A stretch of 64,000 bases of DNA from Candidatus Eiseniibacteriota bacterium (GCA_963717505.1 OY970342.1:2144001-2208000), one strand, 5' to 3'. Shown: positions 54,393 to 63,789, numbered from the stretch's first letter. Notes: generated by a model not told the origin, from the sequence alone. A program made the numbers and translations.

Positions 54393-54435
54393 TTGACCAT
54401 ACCCATATTGGGTATTATCCTACCCAACATGGGTA
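54393..54435 (+). promoter_or_regulatory. Promoter with two TACCCA-N3-TGGGTA operators, MNT copy 2
   Basis: TTGACC-17bp-TATCCT with palindromes at 54399-54415 and 54421-54435, same geometry as copy 1. Confidence 0.8.
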
Positions 54436-55064
54436 TGAAGAAACGAGCCCCTAAGAGAGGTCCCCGGAAGCCGCCGACGGCCGGACTCGCCGATGCCCTG
54501 TTTTCAAAGGTCCAGCAGCGAGTGCTGGGTGTTCTCTTCGGAAACCCTGGCCGAAGCTTTTTTGCCACCGAGATCATCAACCTCGCCAAGTCGGGCAGCG
54601 GGGCGGTTCAGCGGGAGTTGGCCAGCCTCGAAGCTTCTGGCCTCGTCACAGTGACCATGAGAGGGAAGCAGAAGCATTACCAGGCCAACGCCGAGTCGCC
54701 GTTGTTCAAGGAGCTTCGTGGGCTGTCCCTGAAAACCTTCGGACTGACTGACGTTCTGCGCTCGGCACTCGAACCTCTCGCCCGCGAAATCCAAGGGGCT
54801 TTCGTCTACGGGTCCATCGCCAAAGGCACCGACACCGCCTCGAGCGACGTAGACGTCATGGTGGTCAGTGACACGCTCGCCTACGCCGACCTGTTCGCGG
54901 CGCTGGAACCTGCATCCGCACAACTGGGGCGCAACGTCGCTCCGACCGTCTACTCGCTGAAGGAACTCCAGGAACGAGTGCGACAGAAGAACTCGTTCGT
55001 TACGCGCATTCTGGAGCAACCCAAGATGTGGGTGATTGGGGATGAACGTGTCCTCGGAGCTTGA
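54429..55064 (+). CDS. wHTH-fused MNT antitoxin, copy 2
   Basis: Close paralog of copy 1 with the same GS-x10-DxD motif. Confidence 0.88.
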   Translation: MGMKKRAPKRGPRKPPTAGLADALFSKVQQRVLGVLFGNPGRSFFATEIINLAKSGSGAVQRELASLEASGLVTVTMRGKQKHYQANAESPLFKELRGLSLKTFGLTDVLRSALEPLAREIQGAFVYGSIAKGTDTASSDVDVMVVSDTLAYADLFAALEPASAQLGRNVAPTVYSLKELQERVRQKNSFVTRILEQPKMWVIGDERVLGA

Positions 55065-55470
55065 GGGTCTCACGGGTCCGACGGGGTCCCTAACTCGCGA
55101 ACCACCTGACGCGATGGAGTTCGCCGGATTGGTCAGGTCCGGTGAGGCACGCCTCGTGGATGCCGAGCGGGCAGTGAACTCTCTGGATAGCCGCTTCGAT
55201 CTCGCCTACAACGCGGCCCATGCTCTATGCCTCGCGGCCTTGAGACACAAGGGGTATCGGCCCAACAAGCAACGCTACGTGGTCTTCCAGGCGCTTCCCC
55301 ACACTCTTGGACTTGGTCCCGAGGTGTGGCGAGTACTCAATCGCGCACACAGCGAGCGCAACCGAACCGAGTACGAAGGCGACCGGACATTGGATGAGCG
55401 CCTGCTTGCCGATGTCATCGCTGCCTGCAAGACCGTGCTGGCGGCCATCCGCAAGCTTCCATCCCTCTGA
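55042..55470 (+). CDS. HEPN-like toxin partner of MNT
   Basis: Overlaps the MNT2 stop. All-helical, with RFDLAYNAAH and RNRTEY (Rx4Y). Confidence 0.72.
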   Translation: MNVSSELEGLTGPTGSLTREPPDAMEFAGLVRSGEARLVDAERAVNSLDSRFDLAYNAAHALCLAALRHKGYRPNKQRYVVFQALPHTLGLGPEVWRVLNRAHSERNRTEYEGDRTLDERLLADVIAACKTVLAAIRKLPSL

Positions 55471-55515
55471 GTGGATCGCCCCGTCAGGGTATCGAGGAGC
55501 CGCCATGCGGTTCCG

Positions 55516-55557
55516 AAACGTCGGGGATTGCGCTCAACCCCCGACGTTTTGTATCAT
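55516..55557 (+). promoter_or_regulatory. AbiE operon promoter with inverted repeat operator
   Basis: AAACGTCGGGG-N12-CCCCGACGTTT overlapping TTGCGC...TATCAT. Confidence 0.65.
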
Positions 55558-55566
55558 CCCGACGCC

Positions 55567-56170
55567 ATGCCGAAACCCAGCAAGGACCAGACGCTCCGGC
55601 TGATCGAAACGCTGGGCCTCGCGCGCCCGCGGGATCTCGAGGCGCACGGAGTCTCGCGCGCGCAGCTCTCTCGTCTCGTGAACGAAGGACTGGTGCTCCG
55701 GCAGGCGCGGGGGATCTACGTTGCGGCCCGCCACGCGCCGACGCGAAGCTCACACGCTCGCGCAGGTCGCCAAGCGTGTGCCGGAAGCCGTGTTCTGCCT
55801 GTTCACGGCGCTGCGGTTCCACGACCTGACGACCCAATCGGCGGCCGAGGTCTGGATCGCGCTGCCCGAGAAGGCGCGTCGTCCGCGGCTCGACTATCCC
55901 CGCCTCCGCGTGGCCCGCTTCTCCGGACCTGCCCTGACCGAAGGCGTCGAGGAGCACCGCGTGGAGGGCGTGGTCATCCGCGTGTACTCCGCGGCGAAGA
56001 CCGTCGCCGACTGCTTCAAGTATCGGAACAAGGTCGGCATCGACGTCGCGGTCGAAGCGCTGCGCGACTTCAGCCGGAAGCACCGCGGCGGCGCCAACGA
56101 ACTGGCTCGGTTCGCGCGCATCTGCCGGGTCTCGCGCGTCATGCAGCCCTACCTGGACGCGATCGCATGA
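55567..56170 (+). CDS. Type IV TA antitoxin AbiEi (frameshift near 55745)
   Basis: N-terminal wHTH (RGIY), TALRFHDLT, KTVADCFKYRNKVG. Confidence 0.9.
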
Positions 56171-57079
56171 CCGGCAAGGCCAATCTCGCCGCCTCCGTCG
56201 CCGCGCGCCTGCTCAACCGGGCGAAAGAGACCGGCGACGACCACCAGACCCTGCTGACGAGCTACTGCCTCGAACGGTTCCTCTACCGCCTCGGCGTCTC
56301 GGACCGCCGCGACCGCTTCGTGCTGAAGGGTGCGATGCTCCTGCGGCTCTGGTCGGATCGGCCCTATCGCGCGACCCGCGATCTCGATCTGCTGCGCCGC
56401 GGCGACGGCGCGTTCGAGGCGATCCGCGACGACCTCCGTGCGATCGTCGCCACGCCGGTCCCGCCGGATGCCGTCAGCTTCGACGGCGAGCGCATCGGCA
56501 TCGAGGCGATTCGCGCCGAGGACGAGTACGCCGGCACGCGCGCCACGCTGCTCGCTCGATGCGGCAAGGCGCGCCTGACGCTGCAGATCGACATGGGACT
56601 TGGCGATGCCGTCTGGCCAGCGCCGCAGGCCTGCACGTATCCGACGCTGCTCGATTTCCCCGCGCCGGACCTGCTCGCCTATCCGCGCGAGGCGGTGGTC
56701 GCGGAGAAGCTCGAGGCGATGGTGGTGCTCGGCGACCGGAACAGCCGCATCAAGGACTTCTTCGACCTCCACCATCTCGCGAGCCGCTTCGAGTTCGATC
56801 GCGCGACCCTGGCCGAGGCCGTGCGACGGACGTTCGAGCGCCGCCACACGCCCGTCCCCGCCGAGGACCCGATCGGGCTCACACGCCGCGTACTGGGAGA
56901 ACCCGTCGCGGCCGGCGCAGGTGCGGGCGTTTGCGCGCCGGGCCGGGCTCGAGGTCCCGGCGAAGCCGGCAGAGGAGTTCACGCGCCTGCTGCACGCGTT
57001 CCTCGCGCCGGTGCTGGAGGATCTGCGCACGAAAGAAGCGGGGGAAGGGACTTGGCGTCCGGGTGGACCATGGAAGTGA
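56167..57079 (+). CDS. Type IV TA toxin AbiEii nucleotidyltransferase (frameshift near 56885)
   Basis: ERFLYRL, FVLKGA, RATRDLD, AEKLEA and NSRIKDFFD. ATGA overlap with AbiEi. Confidence 0.92.
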
Positions 57080-57192
57080 GCGCGCGGCGGTTTAGAGAGT
57101 AACCGGCGTACAGGGACTTCGGCTGCTTTGCGCCCCCGAAAGCCAAAGCCATGTAGTTTTGCTCAGGATATTGAGTAAAAATACTCAACGTC

Positions 57193-58036
57193 ATGAGCAA
57201 ACGTGCAACAGCTTATAGGCGCCCGCAGGCCGACCTGCTCGCCCGGCGGCTGGCAGAACCGCGCCGATTCGTCCAGGTCGTCGCCGGTGCGCGGCAGGTG
57301 GGCAAGACGACCCTCGTCCAGCAGGTGGTCGAAACCGCCGAACTGCCGGTTCGCTTCGCGAGCGCCGACGAGCCGACGCTGCGGGGGCGCGACTGGATCG
57401 GCCAGCAGTGGGAGGCCGCGCGGCTGCCGCAGGCCCCGACGGCGCGATCCTGGTGCTCGACGAGGTGCAGAAGGCCCAGGGTTGGTCCGAGTCGGTGAAG
57501 CGCCTGTGGGACGAAGACACCCGCGCAAGCGACAGCTCCGAGTCGTGCTGCTCGGCTCGGCGCCGCTCCTCGTGCAGCAGGGTCTGACTGAGAGCCTGGC
57601 CGGGCGTTTCGAGATTCTCCGGCTGCCGCACTGGTCGCTCGCCGAGATGCGTGCTGCCTTCGGGTTCTCGCTGGACCAGTTCCTCTACTTCGGGGGCTAT
57701 CCCGGCGCGGCGCCGCTGGTCGGCGAGCCCGAGCGCTGGCGACGCTACATCCTGGACGCGCTGGTCGAGACCACGATCTCGCGCGACGTGCTGCTGCTCA
57801 CCCGGGTCGACAAGCCGGCGCTGCTGCGGCGGTTTTTCGAGCTGGGCTGCCGGTACTCCGGACAGGTGCTCTCGTACACCAAGATGCTGGGCCAGCTCCA
57901 CGACGCCGGGAACACCACGACTCTCGCGCACTACCTGGAGCTGCTGAGCGGCGCCGGGCTGCTCACCGGGCTCGCAAGTACTCGGGCGGTGCCGTTCGCC
58001 GGCGGGCTCGAGTCCGAAGCTCCAGGTCACACGTGA
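57193..58036 (+). pseudogene. AAA_14/DUF4143-type ATPase, frameshifted and 3'-truncated
   Basis: GARQVGKTT, LDEVQ, LLGSA and GGYPG. Ends at ..SSPKLQV without the C-terminal nuclease part. Upstream operator TTGAGTA-N4-TACTCAA. Confidence 0.8.
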
Positions 58037-58169
58037 CGGCTCTCGGCCATTGGCTCCACGGCCATGGCGATCTCGGCTGGTCGACATCGCGAGGCTCGGC
58101 AGCGCGAAGCCGCGCGACATGCCGAGCGACTCGGAGCGCGCACGGCCGACCGGAACTCGGTACGAATCG

Positions 58170-59737
58170 CTGAATGACCAGGGGCCGCTCGCGCGCGCAG
58201 CGATCGCCAGGGCCACCGCGACCGCCACGTGATAGCCCGTCGAGCGCGTGGCCTCGGCGCGCAGGTAGGCGGGATGCGCGGTGTTGATCCACACCGTGTT
58301 CTCGATCAGCCGGCCCAGCTCGATATCGTCGGGGCGCTCCTCGAACTGAAGCGAGAGCCCGTAGCGCTGGGCACGGGCGCGACGCGCTCGGGCTTCCTCG
58401 GCGCCCTCGCGTTCCGGGTCGGCGCCCCGTTCGGCATCGGCGGCCGAAGCCTGCAGCGGTTGGGCCTCGAGCCCGGTGTCGGGTTCGGCGGCCGCGCGGG
58501 TCTGCCGCGGCCGTGCTGGCGCCGTCCGTCGGCGGTTCTTGGGACAGCGTTGCGGTCCCGGCGATCGAGCCGCCCTCGGTCATCGCGGCGGCCATCTCGC
58601 CGCGCCCGTCGCCTCCGCCACGGGCGAGCGGAATGCGGCGCTGCCCTCCCTGCTGGCGCTCGACGAGCGAGGCGAGGAGCGGGAAGTCGGCCGTCAGCTC
58701 TTCGAGCACGCGTTCCAGGTCGCGCTCCAGGGGACGAGCAATGCGCCGCCTCTCGTCCTGGACCACGTCGCGCGCGTCGCCCCAGCGCGTGAGCTGCGTC
58801 TGCACCGCCTCCTGAATGGCGCGGCGGTACGAGAGGTAGAGGGCGCCGCGCGGGCCGGTGCGCACGAAGTCGCCCTTGTTGAGGGTGAGCGACTGGGCGA
58901 GCGAGGGTATCTCGAGAATGCCGGTGATGCGGTCCGGCGCGGTCGGGAGGATGCCGAGCCAATCCCAGCCGCGGCGAATCACTTTGCCGTACGTGCTGAC
59001 CGCGATGCCTCGCAGAGATTCGGGAAGCGGCAGGGCGTGGCGTTCCACGTAGCCCCGGCCCGAAGGCTTGCGCTGTCGCTCGATGCGGACCTCGAGCTGG
59101 GCGCGCTCGACCGCCGAACGGCGATTCGCCTCGAGCGTGCGGCCGTTGATTTCGAAACGGATCCCGCTTGGGTAGATCGGGGCGAGCGCCGCCGAGAACT
59201 CCGGCTCCAGCAGCGGCGGGTAGTGCGTGCGTACCACGTGCTCGATGAAGTCGGCGTCGAGCAGCGGCGAGAGGCCGTGCTGCAGCGCGAGCGAGACGGA
59301 GGTTCCGTTCGCCTGAATTCGACCGGGCGGCGCGATGGGTTCGTACGGCGCAACTCGCGCGAGGCCAGGTGCCATCGCGACGCCGCGTGCGATTTGCCGC
59401 GACGCGACTCGGTGACCACCTCGTGTGCCGCGAGCAGCGCGAGCTTGATGCCGACGCCCGCGAACCCGATGCCGTCGCCGCGCGTCTTGGTGCTGGCCGC
59501 TAGGTTGTGGAACTGGCGAAGCTCCTTCCAAACCATGCCGCGGCCGTCGTCCTCGAACCGGAACATCGCGCCCGCCGGCTCGGCCGAGATCTTGATCACG
59601 GTCGCGCCGGCGTCGAGGGAGTTCGCCACCAGCTCGGTGAGGATGGTTTCCTCGAGCCCTGCGGGATAGGCGTCGCGCAGGTCCTCGAGCAGGTGCCGCA
59701 GGTCCACCTTGGTGAATCCGCGGCCACGAGGCGGCAT
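58170..59737 (-). CDS. GHKL (MORC/Hsp90-like) ATPase, frameshifted, 3' end uncertain
   Basis: ELVANSLDA, DDGRGM, GFAGVG and NGT Bergerat motifs, S5-like middle region and late WINTAHP motif. Confidence 0.8.
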
Positions 59738-60041
59738 GGAGGGGCTCCGGGTTGGGTCCGGGAGTATAGTGCGTCCGAGGCTTCGAGCATGATTCCCGAC
59801 ATCCGTGCAATGAAGGTGATCCCCGAGCCCGTGCCGAACACGCGGACCGTCCTGGAGCCAACGAGCCGAGCAGCTAAAGACAAGCTCTGCTGGTCTTACT
59901 TAGGGTCTCCGCAACTAAAGCCAATTCAGCAGGGCAGGAACCGTTCAGGCCGACTCCGGGGCCCCGTGGCCTCTTTTCATTTGGCCCCATCTACGCTAAT
60001 AATGCTCCTGGTTATTTGCGCCCCCGCGAACAAGGAGCCCT

Positions 60042-60775
60042 ATGACGCCAGAGCGCAGGCCCCACGGGCGCAACCTCCGCGCGTCCGGCGGGTACCGAGC
60101 CTACGTGCCGGAGCCGCTCCCGCCAGCGATCGCGTGGAGCGGGGAGATGGCGGCCGCGCTCTCGGCGGCGGATCGGGCGGTGGGCCGACTGGCGGGCGAA
60201 GGCCGCGGTCTCCCGAACCCCCATTTGCTCATTCGTCCATTCGTCCGACGCGAGGCGGTGCTCTCGAGCCGAATCGAGGGCACTCAAGCGACGCTCGGTG
60301 AGTTGCTGGCAGCCGAGGCGGGTGCTGCGGTCGAGCGCAGTCCGGCGGATCTTCGCGAGGTCGGCAACTACGTTGTCGCCTCGAACACGGCATCGATCGC
60401 CTGGCACGCCTGCCACTCTCGCTGCGGCTGGTGCGCGAGCTTCACGACAAGCTCATGCGCGACGTGCGTGGCAACACGGCGACGCCCGGGGAGTTCAGGC
60501 GCAGCCAGAACTGGATTGGTCCGCCGGGCTCAACGCTGGCGACGCGACCTACGTTCCACCGCCCCCTGATCGGTTGGCGGAGTGTCTAGGCGCCTGGGAG
60601 CGGTTCCTGCACGACGATTCCATGCCGCCGCTGGTCCAGGCGGCCCTGATGCGTTCGCAGTTCGAGGCGATCCACCCGTTCCTCGACGGCAATGGGCGGG
60701 TGGGCCGGCTGCTGATCACGCTGCTATTGATCACCAGGGCGTGCTGCCGTCGCCGCTCCTCTACCTGAGCGCGTC
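60042..60775 (+). pseudogene. Fic family protein, frameshifted and 3'-truncated
   Basis: EAVLSSRIEG inhibitory helix, PGEFRRSQNWIG and HPFLDGNGRVGR. Homology stops after LLYLSA. Confidence 0.82.
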
Positions 60776-60879
60776 GTGGGGAAGATTCTCGGACCGACGA
60801 TTGCTCAGGACATTGAGTGAGAATACTCAGAGCCTTGAGTACCCAGCCTTCTTCCCCATCAGCGGGGCCACAGGCCGGC

Positions 60880-60931
60880 CAACTAAAGCGAAGGTCTCTT
60901 GGCTTTAGTTAGCGCCTCCGCAACTAAAGCC
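60880..60931. repeat. Palindromic element GGCTTTAGTT-N11-AACTAAAGCC, best copy of a family of about 5 degenerate elements
   Basis: Perfect 10-bp arms at 60901-60931 plus an extra half-site at 60880. Related copies near 50690, 57120, 59892 and 60010. Confidence 0.7.
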
Positions 60932-60991
60932 CCTTGTTCGGAGCCTGAGGCTCAGGGAGCCGCGGATCCCAGCAAGAATACCGTGGACGAG

Positions 60992-61036
60992 CAATAGATA
61001 GCATCTATTGACTATGACTGCTGACCGGCCGATAAT
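60992..61036 (+). promoter_or_regulatory. parDE promoter with operator
   Basis: CAATAGAT-N3-ATCTATTG palindrome overlapping TTGACT-17bp-GATAAT. Confidence 0.7.
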
Positions 61037-61060
61037 TCTCAGCGTGGGAGGGCCAACATC

Positions 61061-61336
61061 ATGGTCAATCTGAACGTGTCGCTTACAGAGTCGCAGCGCG
61101 ACTGGGTGGAGGCGCAGGTCAAAGCCGGGCGCTACGGGAACCTGAGCGAATACGTGCGAGATCTCATTCGCATCGACCAAAGTCGGGCCGCCGAGCGTCG
61201 GCTTGAAGAACTATTGCTTCAGGGAATTGAGTCGGGGCCGGCGCGGGAGGTCACTCCCGAGTTCTGGGACGAACTGAAGAGTCGTGTCGAGGACCGCCTC
61301 CGGGTCAGGAAAGGCGGTGCCCGGAAAGCGCGTTAG
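61061..61336 (+). CDS. ParD-family (CC2985-like RHH) antitoxin
   Basis: LNVSLT....WVEAQV..GRYGNLSEYVRDLIR...LL.GIESG. Confidence 0.92.
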   Translation: MVNLNVSLTESQRDWVEAQVKAGRYGNLSEYVRDLIRIDQSRAAERRLEELLLQGIESGPAREVTPEFWDELKSRVEDRLRVRKGGARKAR

Positions 61337-61637
61337 GTGGAAGCCTGAGGCGGAACGGGATCTCGAAGAGCATGTTGTCTATCTGGGCCAAGAGGCCGGT
61401 CTCCAACTAGCCTTGCGATTTATTCGAGCGGCCGAGCAGGCAATCGCGCGCCTCGTCGAATTACCTGAACTCGGAGCGCCGCGCGTATTCGAGATCCAGA
61501 AGTTGGAGAGGGTCCGCATGTGGCCGATTCCGGACTTCCCGAACCACCTCATTTTCTACCGGCCGATTGCGACCGGAGTGGAGATCGTGAGAGTGCTTCA
61601 CGCCGCGCGGGACATACCGCCAGTCCTCGAGGAGTGA
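61317..61637 (+). CDS. RelE/ParE family toxin
   Basis: AERDL...P.LG...HLIFYR....VEIVRVLHAARD. Overlaps parD. Confidence 0.9.
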   Translation: MPGKRVRWKPEAERDLEEHVVYLGQEAGLQLALRFIRAAEQAIARLVELPELGAPRVFEIQKLERVRMWPIPDFPNHLIFYRPIATGVEIVRVLHAARDIPPVLEE

Positions 61638-61672
61638 TCACGGGGTCGCAGCGGGTGAGGCAAGCGCAAGAG

Positions 61673-61701
61673 TTGACAGTATGTCCGATCCGACATACTG
61701 T
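61673..61701 (+). promoter_or_regulatory. Promoter with 10-bp inverted-repeat operator upstream of the XRE gene
   Basis: TTGACA-17bp-TACTGT with ACAGTATGTC-N6-GACATACTGT. Confidence 0.8.
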
Positions 61702-61709
61702 GTCCTGCC

Positions 61710-62039
61710 ATGAACACGGCGAAGAGAAAGAGACTCGAATCGGCCGGATGGAAGGTCGGGACCGCGGGTGAGTTCCTTGGCCTTTCGCGCGAAGAGGCGC
61801 AGATCGTCGAGATGAGACTTGCCTTGGGCGAGAGCCTGAGGCGTCATCGCATGAAGCGGCGGCTAACGCAGATCGAGCTAGCCAGGAGGATTGGATCCAG
61901 CCAATCCCGGATCGCGAAGCTCGAGTCAGGCGCGACCGGAGTTTCTCTGGATCTTCTGTTCCGCGCGCTATTCGCAATCGGAGCCACCACGGCGGAAATC
62001 GCCCGAGAGATGCGTCCGAGGAAGCGCTCCGCGGCTTAG
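61710..62039 (+). CDS. XRE-family HTH protein (HigA-like antitoxin)
   Basis: KRKRLESAGWKVG...EFLGLS and HTH LTQIELARRIGSSQSRIAKLE. Confidence 0.88.
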   Translation: MNTAKRKRLESAGWKVGTAGEFLGLSREEAQIVEMRLALGESLRRHRMKRRLTQIELARRIGSSQSRIAKLESGATGVSLDLLFRALFAIGATTAEIAREMRPRKRSAA

Positions 62040-62066
62040 ACGAGCGCGGGAATACGAGGCAACGGA

Positions 62067-63527
62067 ATGCCCAACCTCTCGAAATCATCCTTCGTCACCG
62101 GCTGCCAGTGCCCCAAGCTCCTCTGGTGGACGGTCCACGAACCGCTCGCCGAGGAACTCCAGCCCGACAAGGTCCTGCTCGATCGCTTCGACCAGGGGCG
62201 CATCGTCGGCGAACTCGCTCGCCAGCGGTTTCCCGGCGGCGTGCTGGTCGCCGAGCCGCACCAGATCCGTGACGTGCGCCTTGCCGCCACGCGCGCCGCA
62301 CTCGATTCCGACGCCCCTGCCATCTTCGAAGGCGGCTTCCAGGCGAACGGCGTCTACGTCGGCGTCGACGCGCTGGTCCGCGGCAACGACGGCCTCACGC
62401 TGATCGAGGCCAAGTCGACCACCTCGCTCAAGGACGAGCACATTCCCGACGCCGCGATCCAGGCCTGGGTGCTGCGCGAGGCCGGCGTTCCGCCCGCGCG
62501 TGTCGAGGTTATGCACCTGAACAAGGACTACCGGCACCCGGACCAGGGCGATCTGTTCGTTCGCACCGACGTCACCGAGGCGGTCGCGGCGTTCATGCCC
62601 TCGGTGCCGGGGAAGGTGGCGGAGTTTGCGGAAGTGCTCGCGGGCGCGCTGCCGCGAGCACGAGATCGGCGCTCACTGCTTCGAGCCGCGCGACTGTCCG
62701 TTTCTCAAACGCTGCTGGCCCGATGATCCCAACCACATCTCGACCCTCTACAACACCGGCCCCAAGAAGACGGTCGCGTTCATGGCCGCCGGGATCCATT
62801 CGATCTGGGATCTCCCCGCCGGACCAGAAGCTCCCCGACGCCGCCCAGCGCCAGCTCAGGTCGCTGCGCGAGAACCGGCTGATCGTCGAGCCCGGGCTCG
62901 CGCGCGCGCTCGAGCCGTTCGAGAGCCCGCTCGGCTACCTGGACTTCGAGACCGTCGCCCGCGCGGTGCCGGTGTGGGAGGGGCTCGCGCCGTGGGGCCA
63001 GGCCACCGCGCAGTTCAGTTATCACGAGGAGCAGGCTGACGGGACGTTCACCCACGTCGGCTGGCTGGCCGAGGGGCCGGGTGATCCGCGTCGCGAGCTG
63101 GCGGAGGCGATGATTGAGGCGACGCGGGGGGCGCGGAAGATCGTGACCTACTCGGCGTTCGAGAAGACGCGGATCGCCGAGCTACAGCGTCTGGTGCCGG
63201 AGTTGGCTTCGCCTTTGGAAGAGCTGTTGGGGAAGCTCGTGGACTTGCTGCCGGTGGTGCGGGAGCATGTGTACCACCCCGGACTTCAAGGGCAGCTTCA
63301 GCATCAAGTACGTCCTGAATCCGCTGGTGCCGGACCTGACGTACAACGACCTGGTGATCGTCGACGGGCTGGTGGCGAGTGTCGAGATCGCGCGGCTGTT
63401 GTTCGTGGCGCACAAGATACCGGTCGAGGAGCGGGACCGGCTGCGGGCGGATCTGCTGGCGTATTGCGAGCGGGATACGTGGGCGATGGTGAGGTTGATG
63501 GGGAGGCTGAGGGAGTTGGGCGCCTAG
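62067..63527 (+). CDS. DUF2779 domain protein: Cas4-like PD-(D/E)XK nuclease plus RNase H-like domain (3 frameshifts)
   Basis: LSKS...QCPK..W, D...IEAKS, C..P.DCPF...C, YLDFET and YCERDT. Confidence 0.85.
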
Positions 63528-63547
63528 GGTCTGAATTCAGACCCTAC
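63525..63547. repeat. Perfect 22-bp palindrome, GTAG-type REP-like
   Basis: TAGGGTCTGAATTCAGACCCTA. On the minus strand it reads GTAG-GGTCTG-AATT-CAGACC. Confidence 0.45.
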
Positions 63548-63789
63548 GAAGGAGATAACCCCATGGCCATTCGAGCTGGCCAAGAGGGGCGGACTTAGCC
63601 ACTCCCGCCATGCCAAGGTGGAATCGGGCCTGCGTCCCCCTCCGAGTCTGATTTCTCTGGACTCCGACTTCCGGCAGGCGTTCAATTGCGCCGGGCCGTC
63701 GGCCGCCCCTCGGCTCCAGCCCTCCCGAACCTGTGCTGTCGTTCAATTCGCGAACGTAGTCCCGTCGCGCACGGAAAGTGGAGGTTGTC

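Noticed and set aside
50250-63600. Classical integron cassette array
   Set aside because: No intI and no RYYYAAC...GTTRRRY attC structures recognised between the modules.
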